Made by a program: the position numbers and the translations under genes | In this document: in pieces, positions 1 through 8,752 of the stretch | Layout of the letters: the number at the start of each line of letters is the position of its first letter | Numbering within the stretch: the first letter of the stretch is position 1 | Source: a virus | Reading direction: 5' to 3' (one strand) | IMG/VR virus record: IMGVR_UViG_3300027743_000026 | Span: 8,470-72,469 of that record | Length of the DNA stretch: 64,000 bases | Notes under the pieces: model-generated | What the model was told of the DNA's origin: nothing | Database searches by the model: none | What the model saw: the letters and a program-made list of their open reading frames with translations, nothing else

Positions 1-48
1 GTTAGCGCAAAGTGAGGCGCCCCGGCACACTCCTAAGAGGAGGCGATC

Positions 49-231
49 ATGGGTGCGAATATCTGGTTCTGGATTCTCTTCGTCATCACGCTGATCTTCG
101 GGATCTTCGTGCAAAGCCCGTGGCGACAGGGCGGTACCGTTTATCCGTGGGCCCCGTTCGGCTCCTGGTTGATCTTGTTCATCTTGATCGGCATTCTCGG
201 GATTGGAGTGTTCGGCTCCCCGATCCGATAG
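49..231 (+). CDS. Small two-TM membrane protein (possibly holin-like)
   Basis: Strong SD AGGAGG; two hydrophobic segments. Confidence 0.6.
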   Translation: MGANIWFWILFVITLIFGIFVQSPWRQGGTVYPWAPFGSWLILFILIGILGIGVFGSPIR

Positions 232-309
232 GGCAGGCGGCCGCTATCGGTCGCCGCCGATCTCGGTGCCCGAGCTGCCGCCCACCCCACACATCATGGT
301 TCCGGAACG

Positions 310-564
310 ATGAGCCACGTCCTGGCAATCCTGGGCGTGGCTTTCTTTTTGACCAGCGCGCAGGCCGGCGAGAGCCACAGCCTCTACGATGTCAACGGAA
401 ATTACGCTGGCAGCCTGGTGACTGCAGGCGGCAAGACGTCGTACTTCACGCGCGAAGGCTGGTTAATCCGGAAAAATGACGTGAAGAGCGAGCGTCACGC
501 GGGGGCACGGGGCTTACGCTCTTCACGATCGAGCCGCTCTTATCGACGGCCTCGAACTCGTTAA
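310..564 (+). CDS. Small secreted protein
   Basis: Signal peptide ending in AQA; overlaps a hairpin plus T-run at 313-350 that could be a terminator. Confidence 0.5.
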   Translation: MSHVLAILGVAFFLTSAQAGESHSLYDVNGNYAGSLVTAGGKTSYFTREGWLIRKNDVKSERHAGARGLRSSRSSRSYRRPRTR

Positions 565-716
565 CGGTTTTCGTTGGGGTTCGGCCGCGGCGGCTGCGGG
601 TTACCCGGCTGATGATCCCGGTTCGGATCGTTTTCCTTATCCGGATTCGGCTCCGGCATCGGCTGCGGTTGGCGCGGCGGCGTCGGATTCGGGTTGTTCT
701 GCGGCTGCGTTGGCAT
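561..716 (-). CDS. Pro/Asn/Gln-rich small protein (MPTQPQNNPNP...)
   Basis: GGAG SD upstream of ATG at 716; low-complexity ORF. Confidence 0.5.
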   Translation of the reverse strand: MPTQPQNNPNPTPPRQPQPMPEPNPDKENDPNRDHQPGNPQPPRPNPNENR

Positions 717-804
717 GTTGTGCATCTCCGTGGATGACTGACAACCACGAGGCCGATCGTAAAGTTCCATCAGGTCTAGGAGGCTTGAGATGGCCATCGA
801 TTTT

Positions 805-1194
805 CTAGCGATTTGCTTTCAAGTCGCGATGTTCGCGCTGACCTTCGGGCTCGCGCTCACCGGCTACGCCTGGCTGGTCACACCCTAGCTCGGGCCGCAG
901 GATGGGCTCAGTGACCGCGTTGATGTCGGAGTTGTAGTTCGCCATGTTGTCGTTGATGCCATCGATGCGCCAGATCGCCGCCATCAGCCGCTCGTTCTCA
1001 GCCTCAAACCGCTCTACATCTTGCCAACGCAATTCAAGTACAGTCGACAGCGCATCGAGCTTGCTAAGCAGATGCTTTTTATCAGCCGTCAGCCGCTCAA
1101 TTTCGGCGGCGACCTCCGCATAGCGGCGGCGTAGCTCGGGATCGTTGCTCCTGACAACTGCGCTGCATTTTAACCACTCAACGATGTCGCTCAT
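805..1194 (-). CDS. Coiled-coil hypothetical protein (MSDIVEWL...)
   Basis: Shares N-terminus with 1221-1451 and the AIWRIDGINDNMA module with 1448-1834. Confidence 0.7.
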   Translation of the reverse strand: MSDIVEWLKCSAVVRSNDPELRRRYAEVAAEIERLTADKKHLLSKLDALSTVLELRWQDVERFEAENERLMAAIWRIDGINDNMANYNSDINAVTEPILRPELGCDQPGVAGEREPEGQREHRDLKANR

Positions 1195-1220
1195 GGCTTG
1201 GGCTCCAGGGCGCGGCGGGC

Positions 1221-1451
1221 TCACGCGCCCTCATCCTGCTCGCAGTCATTCTCCATGCCCGAGTGCACTGAGGATGGTTTGTTCTCCAGGGCGCGGCGTA
1301 GCGCTTCCTCGCTGACTGCCAGCCGACGACGTTCAATGTCCAGCGCCGCACGCAGCCGCGCGATCTCGGCGCGCGCCTCCCGCAACACGCCTTCCAGCCG
1401 CTCGATCTCGCACCGCAGGGCGACGACTAGCCGCTCGATGATGTCGCTCAT
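1221..1451 (-). CDS. Coiled-coil hypothetical protein (MSDIIERL...)
   Basis: ATGA overlap with the upstream gene. Confidence 0.7.
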   Translation of the reverse strand: MSDIIERLVVALRCEIERLEGVLREARAEIARLRAALDIERRRLAVSEEALRRALENKPSSVHSGMENDCEQDEGA

Positions 1452-1834
1452 GGCTTGGGCTCCGGCCGCAGGATGGGATCGGTGACCGCGTTGATGTCGG
1501 GATTGTAGCAGGCCATGTTGTCGTTGATGCCGTCGATGCGCCAGATGGCCTCCATCAGCTGTTCGATTTCGGCCTGCGCTTCCTTATATTTCTCATGCCA
1601 TCGCTGCGCGCTCGCCCAACACTCGCTTTCGCTTCTAGCCTCGGCCATCAGTCGGTCGAGTTCGTCGGCGGCCTCGCGCGCCTTCACGATCAGGTCCGAC
1701 ATGCCTAGTTCAGCATGCTGATCAGCGCTTGTACGCAGCCGCTTGGCGATGTTGTTGGTCATGGCTGGTTTCACAGAACGGCGTAGGGCTCTGCCCATAG
1801 CCTTGTCTTCTTTGTCAGTTAGCTCTCGGGTCAT
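1448..1834 (-). CDS. Coiled-coil hypothetical protein
   Basis: ATGA-coupled; shares a module with 805-1194. Confidence 0.7.
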   Translation of the reverse strand: MTRELTDKEDKAMGRALRRSVKPAMTNNIAKRLRTSADQHAELGMSDLIVKAREAADELDRLMAEARSESECWASAQRWHEKYKEAQAEIEQLMEAIWRIDGINDNMACYNPDINAVTDPILRPEPKP

Positions 1835-2064
1835 GGCTTAGACCCTACGACGCGGTCATAGTCGTGCTGACACTGCTCTGTCCACGGCTCTCCCGACTTA
1901 ATCACAGACGCGAAAAACGCGATCGTTCGCTGCAGTTGCGAGATCTCGTGGCGCAGCTCCGCGATCGTTTTGATGTGGCGATCGGCTTCGGCCAACAGTT
2001 CCTGAAAACCCTTACAGGGCTCGGCGCCGTCCGGCATCATGCAATCGGGGAGATGTGGCGTCAT
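1831..2064 (-). CDS. Hypothetical protein (MTPHLPDCMMPDG...)
   Basis: Coupled start within the longer called ORF. Confidence 0.6.
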   Translation of the reverse strand: MTPHLPDCMMPDGAEPCKGFQELLAEADRHIKTIAELRHEISQLQRTIAFFASVIKSGEPWTEQCQHDYDRVVGSKP

Positions 2065-2173
2065 GACTTGTCGAACTCCAGCCAGGTGAATCGAAGTCGC
2101 TTCCAACCGGCCCAATAGGCTAGGCCAACAGAGGCGGCCCACAGATAGAACAAGATAGTCCCGGTCTGAATCG

Positions 2174-2356
2174 TCATGGTTTGATCCCATCGTGCCTGTG
2201 GCCCCACCGATCCTCAACATTGCAGCACCAGCGGCACATGGCGCAGACCGGCCAATGATCGATCGCGATGCTGCGGTACACGGTCGTGTCGCACAGCCCG
2301 CACTGGAAATGATCTGGGCCGACCGTGACCTTGGGTACGAAATCAACGACGGTCAT
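2174..2356 (-). CDS. Small zinc-ribbon protein
   Basis: CxxC...CxxC; ATGA-coupled. Confidence 0.6.
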   Translation of the reverse strand: MTVVDFVPKVTVGPDHFQCGLCDTTVYRSIAIDHWPVCAMCRWCCNVEDRWGHRHDGIKP

Positions 2357-2622
2357 GCGTGCCCCGTTAGGTCCGGCTGACCCTCGAATCGCTTGAGCTG
2401 CGCCTTGAGCATGGTCACGACGTCACCGCGGTCGGCGTTGGAAATGTAGTTGCAGCGGCCTCCGTGATCCTCGAACGGAAACACCATCAGCACGAAGCCG
2501 GTATGCTTCGGCCGATCTGGGCCGTTGAAGAATCCGTCGAGCTTCTTCGCCAGCTCGTTCATCATGTCACGGTGCTTCAGCTCGATCGGTGCGTCGCCTA
2601 ACGTGTGTTTCTGGGTGGTCAT
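2353..2622 (-). CDS. Hypothetical phage protein
   Basis: ATGA-coupled on both sides. Confidence 0.7.
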   Translation of the reverse strand: MTTQKHTLGDAPIELKHRDMMNELAKKLDGFFNGPDRPKHTGFVLMVFPFEDHGGRCNYISNADRGDVVTMLKAQLKRFEGQPDLTGHA

Positions 2623-2774
2623 GGTTTATTCTCCAGCAGAGAACGAAGTCGTTCGATCTCGATGCGATCATATTTACGAAGCTCTCGACAAGTATCGATT
2701 TGCTCTTTCAGATTCACAATCTCGGCTCGTAAGTCCTCAACGTGTCCGAGTACAGCCCGCAGTTCATCGGTCAT
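2619..2774 (-). CDS. Small coiled-coil protein (MTDELRAV...)
   Basis: ATGA-coupled. Confidence 0.55.
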   Translation of the reverse strand: MTDELRAVLGHVEDLRAEIVNLKEQIDTCRELRKYDRIEIERLRSLLENKP

Positions 2775-3046
2775 GGCTCCAGCTCGCGCTTGGTTTCTTC
2801 GCTTTCGACCACGACCTTGCTCTCGAGTTTGATGAAACAATCCATGCAGAGACGCTTGGGCTTGCGCGGCGCGTGCCAGCGATACTGCACGTCGATGCCG
2901 CAGTGGCTGCAGACACCCTTGAGGTTGTCGGTGAACGGCGACGGCGAGCCCCACGGCACGCAAACGAGATAGGTGCACTCCTCTGCCTTCTCGTCGGAGA
3001 CGACAGGGATGGACAGGCCGGCGACGTTAATCTTTTTGTCAACCAT
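2771..3046 (-). CDS. Zinc-ribbon hypothetical protein
   Basis: CSHC...CMDC; SD AAGG. Confidence 0.65.
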   Translation of the reverse strand: MVDKKINVAGLSIPVVSDEKAEECTYLVCVPWGSPSPFTDNLKGVCSHCGIDVQYRWHAPRKPKRLCMDCFIKLESKVVVESEETKRELEP

Positions 3047-3110
3047 CTGTTAACCTTTTCGTGGAACAGACCATGTTTGTTCCGTTTTTAATACATTACA
3101 CGATGTGTTC

Positions 3111-3413
3111 TCACCCCGGCCGCAAGCCGGGGTTTTTTGTTTCTGCCAGCCATTCGACCGAACGGCGGACCACGCGGTCGACGGCCGCGAGCACGGCCGG
3201 GCCGTTCATCACCACCTCGATGGCGCAGTCGCCAGTCTCGCAGTCAGGATGCACCGCAGTCAGGCTGGCGTGCCCGGTGGTCAGCTCCTCGCATTCGTAG
3301 CAACCGCCGGCAGCAATGAACTGCTCAGCCAGCTGCTCGATCTCCGGCGGGCGCTCGACCTCGACAGGGCGGCGCTCACCGTCTGGGCGCAAATATTGGG
3401 TGAACGGAATCAT
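3111..3413 (-). CDS. Hypothetical protein (MIPFTQYLRPDG...)
   Basis: Coupled to the upstream stop. Confidence 0.65.
   Translation of the reverse strand: MIPFTQYLRPDGERRPVEVERPPEIEQLAEQFIAAGGCYECEELTTGHASLTAVHPDCETGDCAIEVVMNGPAVLAAVDRVVRRSVEWLAETKNPGLRPG
3113..3140 (+). terminator. Intrinsic terminator-like hairpin
   Basis: accccggc-cgcaa-gccggggt followed by a T-run. Confidence 0.6.
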
Positions 3414-3727
3414 CAGTCCATCCTGCAGACTTCGAAGCTGCGATCGGGCTGGATGATCGCCACCCAATCGTGCTCGTAGAGAATGATCAGTTCGTTCCGC
3501 AGCTGGGTCTTCGCCAGCGGCTTCAGCGGCGGATCACCAGGGTAGCTCAGTGAGTTGTTGCCGTGCAGCGTGAACCCCGGCATCGGATCCCAGCCGCCGC
3601 CATGCTGATAGCCGCTATCGAACTGCTCGCGCGCCGGCCGCTGGTCGAACGCGCTGAGCATGTGGGGCAAATACGGCCCAAGACTTCTGAGATCGTACCG
3701 CCGATCCAATGAGACCCAGGTCGTCAT
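3413..3727 (-). CDS. Hypothetical phage protein
   Basis: Operon-coupled ORF. Confidence 0.7.
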   Translation of the reverse strand: MTTWVSLDRRYDLRSLGPYLPHMLSAFDQRPAREQFDSGYQHGGGWDPMPGFTLHGNNSLSYPGDPPLKPLAKTQLRNELIILYEHDWVAIIQPDRSFEVCRMD

Positions 3728-3912
3728 GAACAGCTCGTCTTGATCACGGAGCCAGAACGATAGCTCCGGCAGTTGGTGTTGAGCGCCCGCGGATTGCTGG
3801 TGTCGCTGCAGACCGTGCGGGTCTCGTTACCGGACTTATACGTCCGACAATCCGTACCGGCGTAGGCGAGGCTCGGGGCGAGGACGATGAGGAGTACGAG
3901 GCAAGTTTTCAT
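3724..3912 (-). CDS. Small secreted Cys-repeat protein
   Basis: Signal peptide; duplicated CR(T/S)Y(K/R)SG motif. Confidence 0.65.
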   Translation of the reverse strand: MKTCLVLLIVLAPSLAYAGTDCRTYKSGNETRTVCSDTSNPRALNTNCRSYRSGSVIKTSCS

Positions 3913-4047
3913 TGGGTGTTCCTTTCTTCTCGAGTTGTGACATCCGTAGCTGGAATGTCGGGCAGATCGGCAGGAAGCAAATCTGCATGATCTCCTTCTG
4001 CGTGATTCCGCAGACGGTACAGCGCTTGGGCCAGTTCATTGTTTCTC

Positions 4048-4485
4048 CTAGTTTCTACGTTGCATCCACGGCAGTACGGCCAAGTTGAACTTCACGTTGG
4101 CCTGCTTGAGCGTGAACATTGTCATCAGGGTCGGAATATTGAGCACGCGCTCCAGCAGCTTGATATAGACGCCGACAAAATCGGCGCCGTGACCGTCGCT
4201 GCGGCCGTTCTCATCCGAGGTGAGCGTGTGAGCCAGCTCGTGCAGAATCACCCAATCGGGCGTATAGGCCGGCAGTCTGATCTCGCCACGACAACCAGCG
4301 GCCAGGATGCGCGTCGTCTGCTTTGGCATCATGCTAACCTGCGGCGGGTACAGCCACCCGTGCGCCAGCCATACACCGTCGACGAACGCCTGGGCCTGGT
4401 CGAAGGGAACGCTCCTCTTACTCAGAGGAGCGACCACGCTGTTTTCCCAGTCGTAGACCTTCTGCTTTTGGCTATCGCGGGTCAT
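4048..4485 (-). CDS. Zn metalloprotease-like (SprT-like) protein
   Basis: ILHELAH (HExxH) plus downstream HGADF. Confidence 0.8.
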   Translation of the reverse strand: MTRDSQKQKVYDWENSVVAPLSKRSVPFDQAQAFVDGVWLAHGWLYPPQVSMMPKQTTRILAAGCRGEIRLPAYTPDWVILHELAHTLTSDENGRSDGHGADFVGVYIKLLERVLNIPTLMTMFTLKQANVKFNLAVLPWMQRRN

Positions 4486-5234
4486 TTCAGATGGCCCTTG
4501 ATCGCATCACCTTGGCTGAGCGGCCGAGACAGATTGACCTTGTTGCCGGCCTGGGCGCCCGCGTTAAACGCACCGTAATTGCCGACGCGATAACCGGTAC
4601 GTGCACTGCGCAGCTTGAAACCTTCCTTCTTGAACGCCTCCTCGGTCAGCTGACCCTTGAGCACCACCAACGCCGTGCTGGTACTGTGCTCTTTCAGCGC
4701 GTTGTCCTGCTCCTTCTTCATTTGCTGCAAGCGCACGGACAAACGCGCGGCCATGCCGCGTTGGAAACTGATGCAAGCGGACGCCCGCAAGCCGCGCTCG
4801 CCGATCACAACGTATTCCTCGGCTCCCTTGAACGCTTGGACTTCCGATTCCATCGCGGACATGATCAGCTTGAACAGGTACTCCACCATCTGCAGATCCT
4901 GCTCCTGCCCGAAGAACGCATAAGTCGAATCGGCTCCGGTGCCCCAGCGTTTGTGAAACCAGGCCTTGGTGCCGGTCAACGCGGCAATGGCCGGCACGCA
5001 ATGATCGACCGGATGCCGGCGCTGACGGCCAATGTGCATGTGAATGGTTTTGTAGCTGGCGTCACGAACGTCCAGCTCATTCATTGACAAGTTGTATTGC
5101 GTCAGCAGCCGGCCGACGACGTTCATCGCTGCAAGCGCCTCCTCTTCGGTGGCGCCGCGATCGACGGTCTTGGCGGCAAGCGCTTTGATCTTGAGCTTGA
5201 CGCGGTCGAGTTCGGAATATTGAGCGGTGTTCAT
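4482..5234 (-). CDS. DUF2786-like protein
   Basis: N-terminal KIKALAAK...ATEEEA..A..LL..YNLS pattern; C-terminal AFNAGAQAG. Confidence 0.75.
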   Translation of the reverse strand: MNTAQYSELDRVKLKIKALAAKTVDRGATEEEALAAMNVVGRLLTQYNLSMNELDVRDASYKTIHMHIGRQRRHPVDHCVPAIAALTGTKAWFHKRWGTGADSTYAFFGQEQDLQMVEYLFKLIMSAMESEVQAFKGAEEYVVIGERGLRASACISFQRGMAARLSVRLQQMKKEQDNALKEHSTSTALVVLKGQLTEEAFKKEGFKLRSARTGYRVGNYGAFNAGAQAGNKVNLSRPLSQGDAIKGHLK

Positions 5235-5276
5235 TTTCAGTCTCCTGGTTTTGAGGCTGCTTCAACAGCCCGGGTT

Positions 5277-5534
5277 TTAGATGCCTTCTAAGCCATCATT
5301 GAGTTCGACGGCGCCGCCGCCCATGCCGGTGAGCGTCTCGCCCTTGTAGACAAGCTTGCCCTTGGGCGGGTTGAGCAGGCGCCTGCGCTGGGCGAGGAGC
5401 TTCTCCAGCTCGCGCGCGGCACGCAGCAGCTTGCGCTGCCAGCGGTCGATCGCCTCGGCGTTGATGGCGAGCTTGGTCTGGCGCGCCTCGACCTTCATCT
5501 CGGGGTGCTTGGGAACAATACGACGACGCTTCAT
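5277..5534 (-). CDS. Early hypothetical protein
   Basis: Preceded by a promoter-hairpin-CCAGGAG cassette. Confidence 0.7.
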   Translation of the reverse strand: MKRRRIVPKHPEMKVEARQTKLAINAEAIDRWQRKLLRAARELEKLLAQRRRLLNPPKGKLVYKGETLTGMGGGAVELNDGLEGI

Positions 5535-5541
5535 TTCTAGG

Positions 5542-5617
5542 CTCCTGGTTGAGGGCCGCTTCAACGGCCCGGCATTTTGTATTCCCATTTGATATACGAG
5601 TTCAAACAGAAAGTCAA
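5542..5617 (-). promoter_or_regulatory. Sigma70-like early promoter, UUGAAG hairpin and SD
   Basis: TTGACT-N5-TTTGAA...TATATC; GGGCCG-TTGAAG-CGGCCC; CCAGGAG. Confidence 0.75.
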
Positions 5618-5621
5618 CAGT

Positions 5622-5876
5622 TTATTTAATCTCCGCCTTGAGGATCGCTGCCCGGCGCGTGGCGTTGTCCTGGTTGATGCTGCGGTACTCAGCCGCGCTG
5701 ATCTCGATCGCCGGGACGATCTCGGCGCCCTTTGCCGCCTTGTAGGCGAGGCCTACCGCACTCGCCCATTGCGCGGCTTTCCAGCCGGGAGAATGAGCAT
5801 GGCTGTACTTGCGGCCGGCGGTCGATCGCGTGAACGTCTGGCCGTTTGAGAAGGTTGCCTTGTAGTAGGTAGTCAT
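5622..5876 (-). CDS. Early hypothetical protein
   Basis: Preceded by the same cassette. Confidence 0.7.
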   Translation of the reverse strand: MTTYYKATFSNGQTFTRSTAGRKYSHAHSPGWKAAQWASAVGLAYKAAKGAEIVPAIEISAAEYRSINQDNATRRAAILKAEIK

Positions 5877-5884
5877 TTTTCAGT

Positions 5885-5959
5885 CTCCTGGTTGAGGCCG
5901 CTTCAACGGCCTTGCATCTCGTATGCCCATCTGATATACGCACTCAAATCGGAAGTCAA
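5885..5959 (-). promoter_or_regulatory. Sigma70-like early promoter, UUGAAG hairpin and SD
   Basis: TTGACT...TTTGAG...TATATC; GGCCG-TTGAAG-CGGCC; CCAGGAG. Confidence 0.75.
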
Positions 5960-5979
5960 GCAGACGAGGAGCCAGGACA

Positions 5980-6198
5980 ATGCCAAGCGGCGGAGCAAGA
6001 GAGAAGTCCGGACCGGAGAAACGGTTCGAGGAACGCATCATGATCAAGCTTTCGACCAAGCTGTTGGGGGCGCTCGACGAGATCACCCGCGATGGCGAGA
6101 CCCGCAGCGAGGTGATCCGCCGGGCGCTCGAACGCGAGGTGACACGGTGCCTCAAGATCCACAGTAAGACTGGCGGCAGGGCGTCGGCGCACCTATAA
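5980..6198 (+). CDS. Ribbon-helix-helix (CopG/Arc-like) regulator
   Basis: RIMIKL...LDEI...TRSEVIRRAL pattern. Confidence 0.75.
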   Translation: MPSGGAREKSGPEKRFEERIMIKLSTKLLGALDEITRDGETRSEVIRRALEREVTRCLKIHSKTGGRASAHL

Positions 6199-6299
6199 TC
6201 TTCACCAGCGCTGAACGTGGCGGGTTTGCGCTCCTGGTTCCATCAAAAGAACAGCGAACCCTAACCCATCAGCGACAGGCCCTCGGCACGGCTTCAAAC

Positions 6300-6704
6300 G
6301 TGCCGGGGGCCGCTTCATATTTGGAGGCCGCTGTGCCGACACTGAAACCGCAAATGCCGGCCCCGCTGCAGCGTCCGCACGTCGACCCGGCGCCGCACCT
6401 GACCAGCGCCGGCTCCTGCTCTGACTGCGGACGCAAAGCCGTCACCGCCGCCGACAATATGCTGGTGTGTCCGGAGTGCTTTGCGCTCTTGCGGCATGAG
6501 GATTACACCGCCGAGCTGCGGCGCAAGCAGGAACTCATCAACCAGAGAATGAAGGAGACCCGCGAGCGCAATCGCCAACTGGACCAGGAACGCAAGGAGC
6601 GGATCAGAGACGAGCGCCGGCAAATACAGCAGATGATCATCGCCGCTGAGGAAAAGCTAAAACCACCTCAGCAGGATAAGCAGCACGAAGATAACGGCCA
6701 GTGA
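6300..6704 (+). CDS. Zinc-ribbon coiled-coil protein (start uncertain)
   Basis: CSDC...CPEC followed by a charged helix. Confidence 0.55.
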   Translation: MPGAASYLEAAVPTLKPQMPAPLQRPHVDPAPHLTSAGSCSDCGRKAVTAADNMLVCPECFALLRHEDYTAELRRKQELINQRMKETRERNRQLDQERKERIRDERRQIQQMIIAAEEKLKPPQQDKQHEDNGQ

Positions 6705-6868
6705 CAGCAGACTGTAAAGCAGCGCCTGCCGGTGCGAACTCATCAGAAGATCCACACAGTTGCGGGTCGCGGTCGCCGGGGATTACGAAAGACGCCGCGA
6801 CCCGCACCGCTGATGCTAGAGGACAGCGGTCTCGTCTGCTTTATTCTCTCGCCGCTGCGGGAGCAAGC

Positions 6869-7078
6869 TCATATCATCCACGCGAAGATCATGATTATCA
6901 TGATGTAGCTGAGCACGTAGGTGATCGCGTGCTGCCAGTCGTAGTAGATGAGCGCCCAGATCGCGATGAATACGCCGTAAGAAACCAGCGTCACATCGAG
7001 GCGATCAATCTTGAAGCGGCGGTGGCGATAGACAACAACGTCGCCCCAATCCCAAAGGGTATTGAGCATTCGCCACCA
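6869..7078 (-). CDS. Small membrane protein (start uncertain)
   Basis: Two hydrophobic segments. Confidence 0.5.
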   Translation of the reverse strand, partial: WWRMLNTLWDWGDVVVYRHRRFKIDRLDVTLVSYGVFIAIWALIYYDWQHAITYVLSYIMIIMIFAWMI

Positions 7079-7196
7079 TAGTTTCACAGCAAGCTCCTCA
7101 ACTGGAAGCGGGTCCGGTCGGTCAGAGGTGCTAAACGTACCGGACCCGCCCCACACAGGCCGTCAAGCTTGGGTGAAATCGACAGCCTGTATTGCC

Positions 7197-7769
7197 TTAC
7201 GTCGTGCTCTTCTTCTTACGCATCTTGCTGAGCGCGCCGAGACCGAGGAGGCCAGACGCGAACAGTGCCAATGCGCCGGGGATCGGCACCGGAGTCACAG
7301 CGAGATTGCCGCCGTAGCCCGACGTGCCACCACCGATGCCGCTCAGCTGGAGATAGTAGCTGCCGGCTTCGAGGATGCCCGCACCAGCCAAGACCTGGCA
7401 GCTGGGCTGCAGGATGCAGGCTTGCGCGATCTCGGGACCAAACCGCAGGATGTCATCGGCCCCACCAAGCGCGCCTACCTGCTGGTACACTGCGCCTTGG
7501 AAGTTCGTGATGAAATCCGTGGGCGCGGGGTAGACATTCGTCGCGCTCGTTATCGTGACGAAAGACGGCGAGCCGACCAGCTGAAACAAAACCTGGTCGG
7601 TGAACGCGCCGCCGCCGGTGCCGTTGATGCCGAGAGTACCGCTGGAGAAATCACCCGTCCGTGAGGTCGGATTGATCCCAAGGTTGTCGACAACAGCAGC
7701 GGACGCTGGTGCCATTCCAAATGAGAATAGGACAGTGGCCGCCAGTAGTGCTCTCTTCGTTTTGTGCAT
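7197..7769 (-). CDS. PEP-CTERM/VPLPA-CTERM sorting-signal surface protein
   Basis: Signal peptide; FTDQVLF; C-terminal VPIPGA, TM helix and KMRKKK. Confidence 0.9.
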   Translation of the reverse strand: MHKTKRALLAATVLFSFGMAPASAAVVDNLGINPTSRTGDFSSGTLGINGTGGGAFTDQVLFQLVGSPSFVTITSATNVYPAPTDFITNFQGAVYQQVGALGGADDILRFGPEIAQACILQPSCQVLAGAGILEAGSYYLQLSGIGGGTSGYGGNLAVTPVPIPGALALFASGLLGLGALSKMRKKKSTT

Positions 7770-7862
7770 ATTTTAGTCTCCATCTGCTGCAACGATGCAG
7801 CCGGTTTACGGTAGCGAAGTGTGGACCGCCTGGGTAGTTGCCGCTCCCCAGGCGGGGTCGTT

Positions 7863-8534
7863 TTAGGCGGTCGCGAGTTCGGCCGCCTTGCGTTTCTTGT
7901 CAGCACGTTTCTTCAGCATACCGATACCGACCAGGCCAGCCACGAACAAGCCCGCCGGCAGCGGGATCGGCACCAGCTGCGGAATCGCAGCCGCTTCGAT
8001 TCTGAAGTGCTCGAAGCCAGTGATGTTGCCGCCTTGATCAAGCAAGACGATGCTGGTGATGACCTCGCCGTCTCGCGTTCCGAATGTGAAGCCGGATTGC
8101 GAGTTGTTGATCGCACCGAGCAGGAAGCTCTGCACAGTTTCCGGGTTGCCATTCGCATCGACGGCAGAGACCAACGCCGTCACGCTGCCGGTGCCACTCA
8201 GGGAGAACACTTCCGTGGTGGTGCCGATCAGGTTACCTTGGGCGTCGAACACCTGAATCCGCAGATTGTTGGTGTTCGCGATCTTGATATCGTTGCCGTT
8301 GGCGGCTGCGGTGAAACCAGTTCCCGCAGTACATCCACCTAAGCAACTGAAATTAACGAACCCAGTGTGTTGCCCATTGAACGTACCAATGGCAAGGTTG
8401 GGCGACAGAGCGTTGAAGATCACGTTGTCGCCGGTGCCGCTCAGATTGCTCTGAACGAAAACCGCAGCCGATGCCGGCAGTGATGCGAGGGCCGTGCTCG
8501 CCAGGAGCGCGGCCGCAAATACAAGTTTGCGCAT
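7863..8534 (-). CDS. PEP-CTERM/VPLPA-CTERM sorting-signal surface protein
   Basis: Signal peptide ending ASA; C-terminal IPLPAG, TM helix and KKRADKKRK. Confidence 0.9.
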   Translation of the reverse strand: MRKLVFAAALLASTALASLPASAAVFVQSNLSGTGDNVIFNALSPNLAIGTFNGQHTGFVNFSCLGGCTAGTGFTAAANGNDIKIANTNNLRIQVFDAQGNLIGTTTEVFSLSGTGSVTALVSAVDANGNPETVQSFLLGAINNSQSGFTFGTRDGEVITSIVLLDQGGNITGFEHFRIEAAAIPQLVPIPLPAGLFVAGLVGIGMLKKRADKKRKAAELATA

Positions 8535-8752
8535 TGAGGTTTCCTTGTCGTGTTGTGGGGTAGTTGCCGCTCCCCCATGATGCTGCAAGAGCGCAGCGCA
8601 CTAGCCCTAACCAGGGTTACTGCGATGCGTTCCGGCCAAGGTGACCTTCATCTTCTTGGTACGTTTGGTGAGCATAGCCTTTTTCTGCGCGCGTGGGCTA
8701 ACGCCGGCCCAGGTCCGGAACTCCGGCAACCGCGGCGGGCGCTTGCGCTTGT

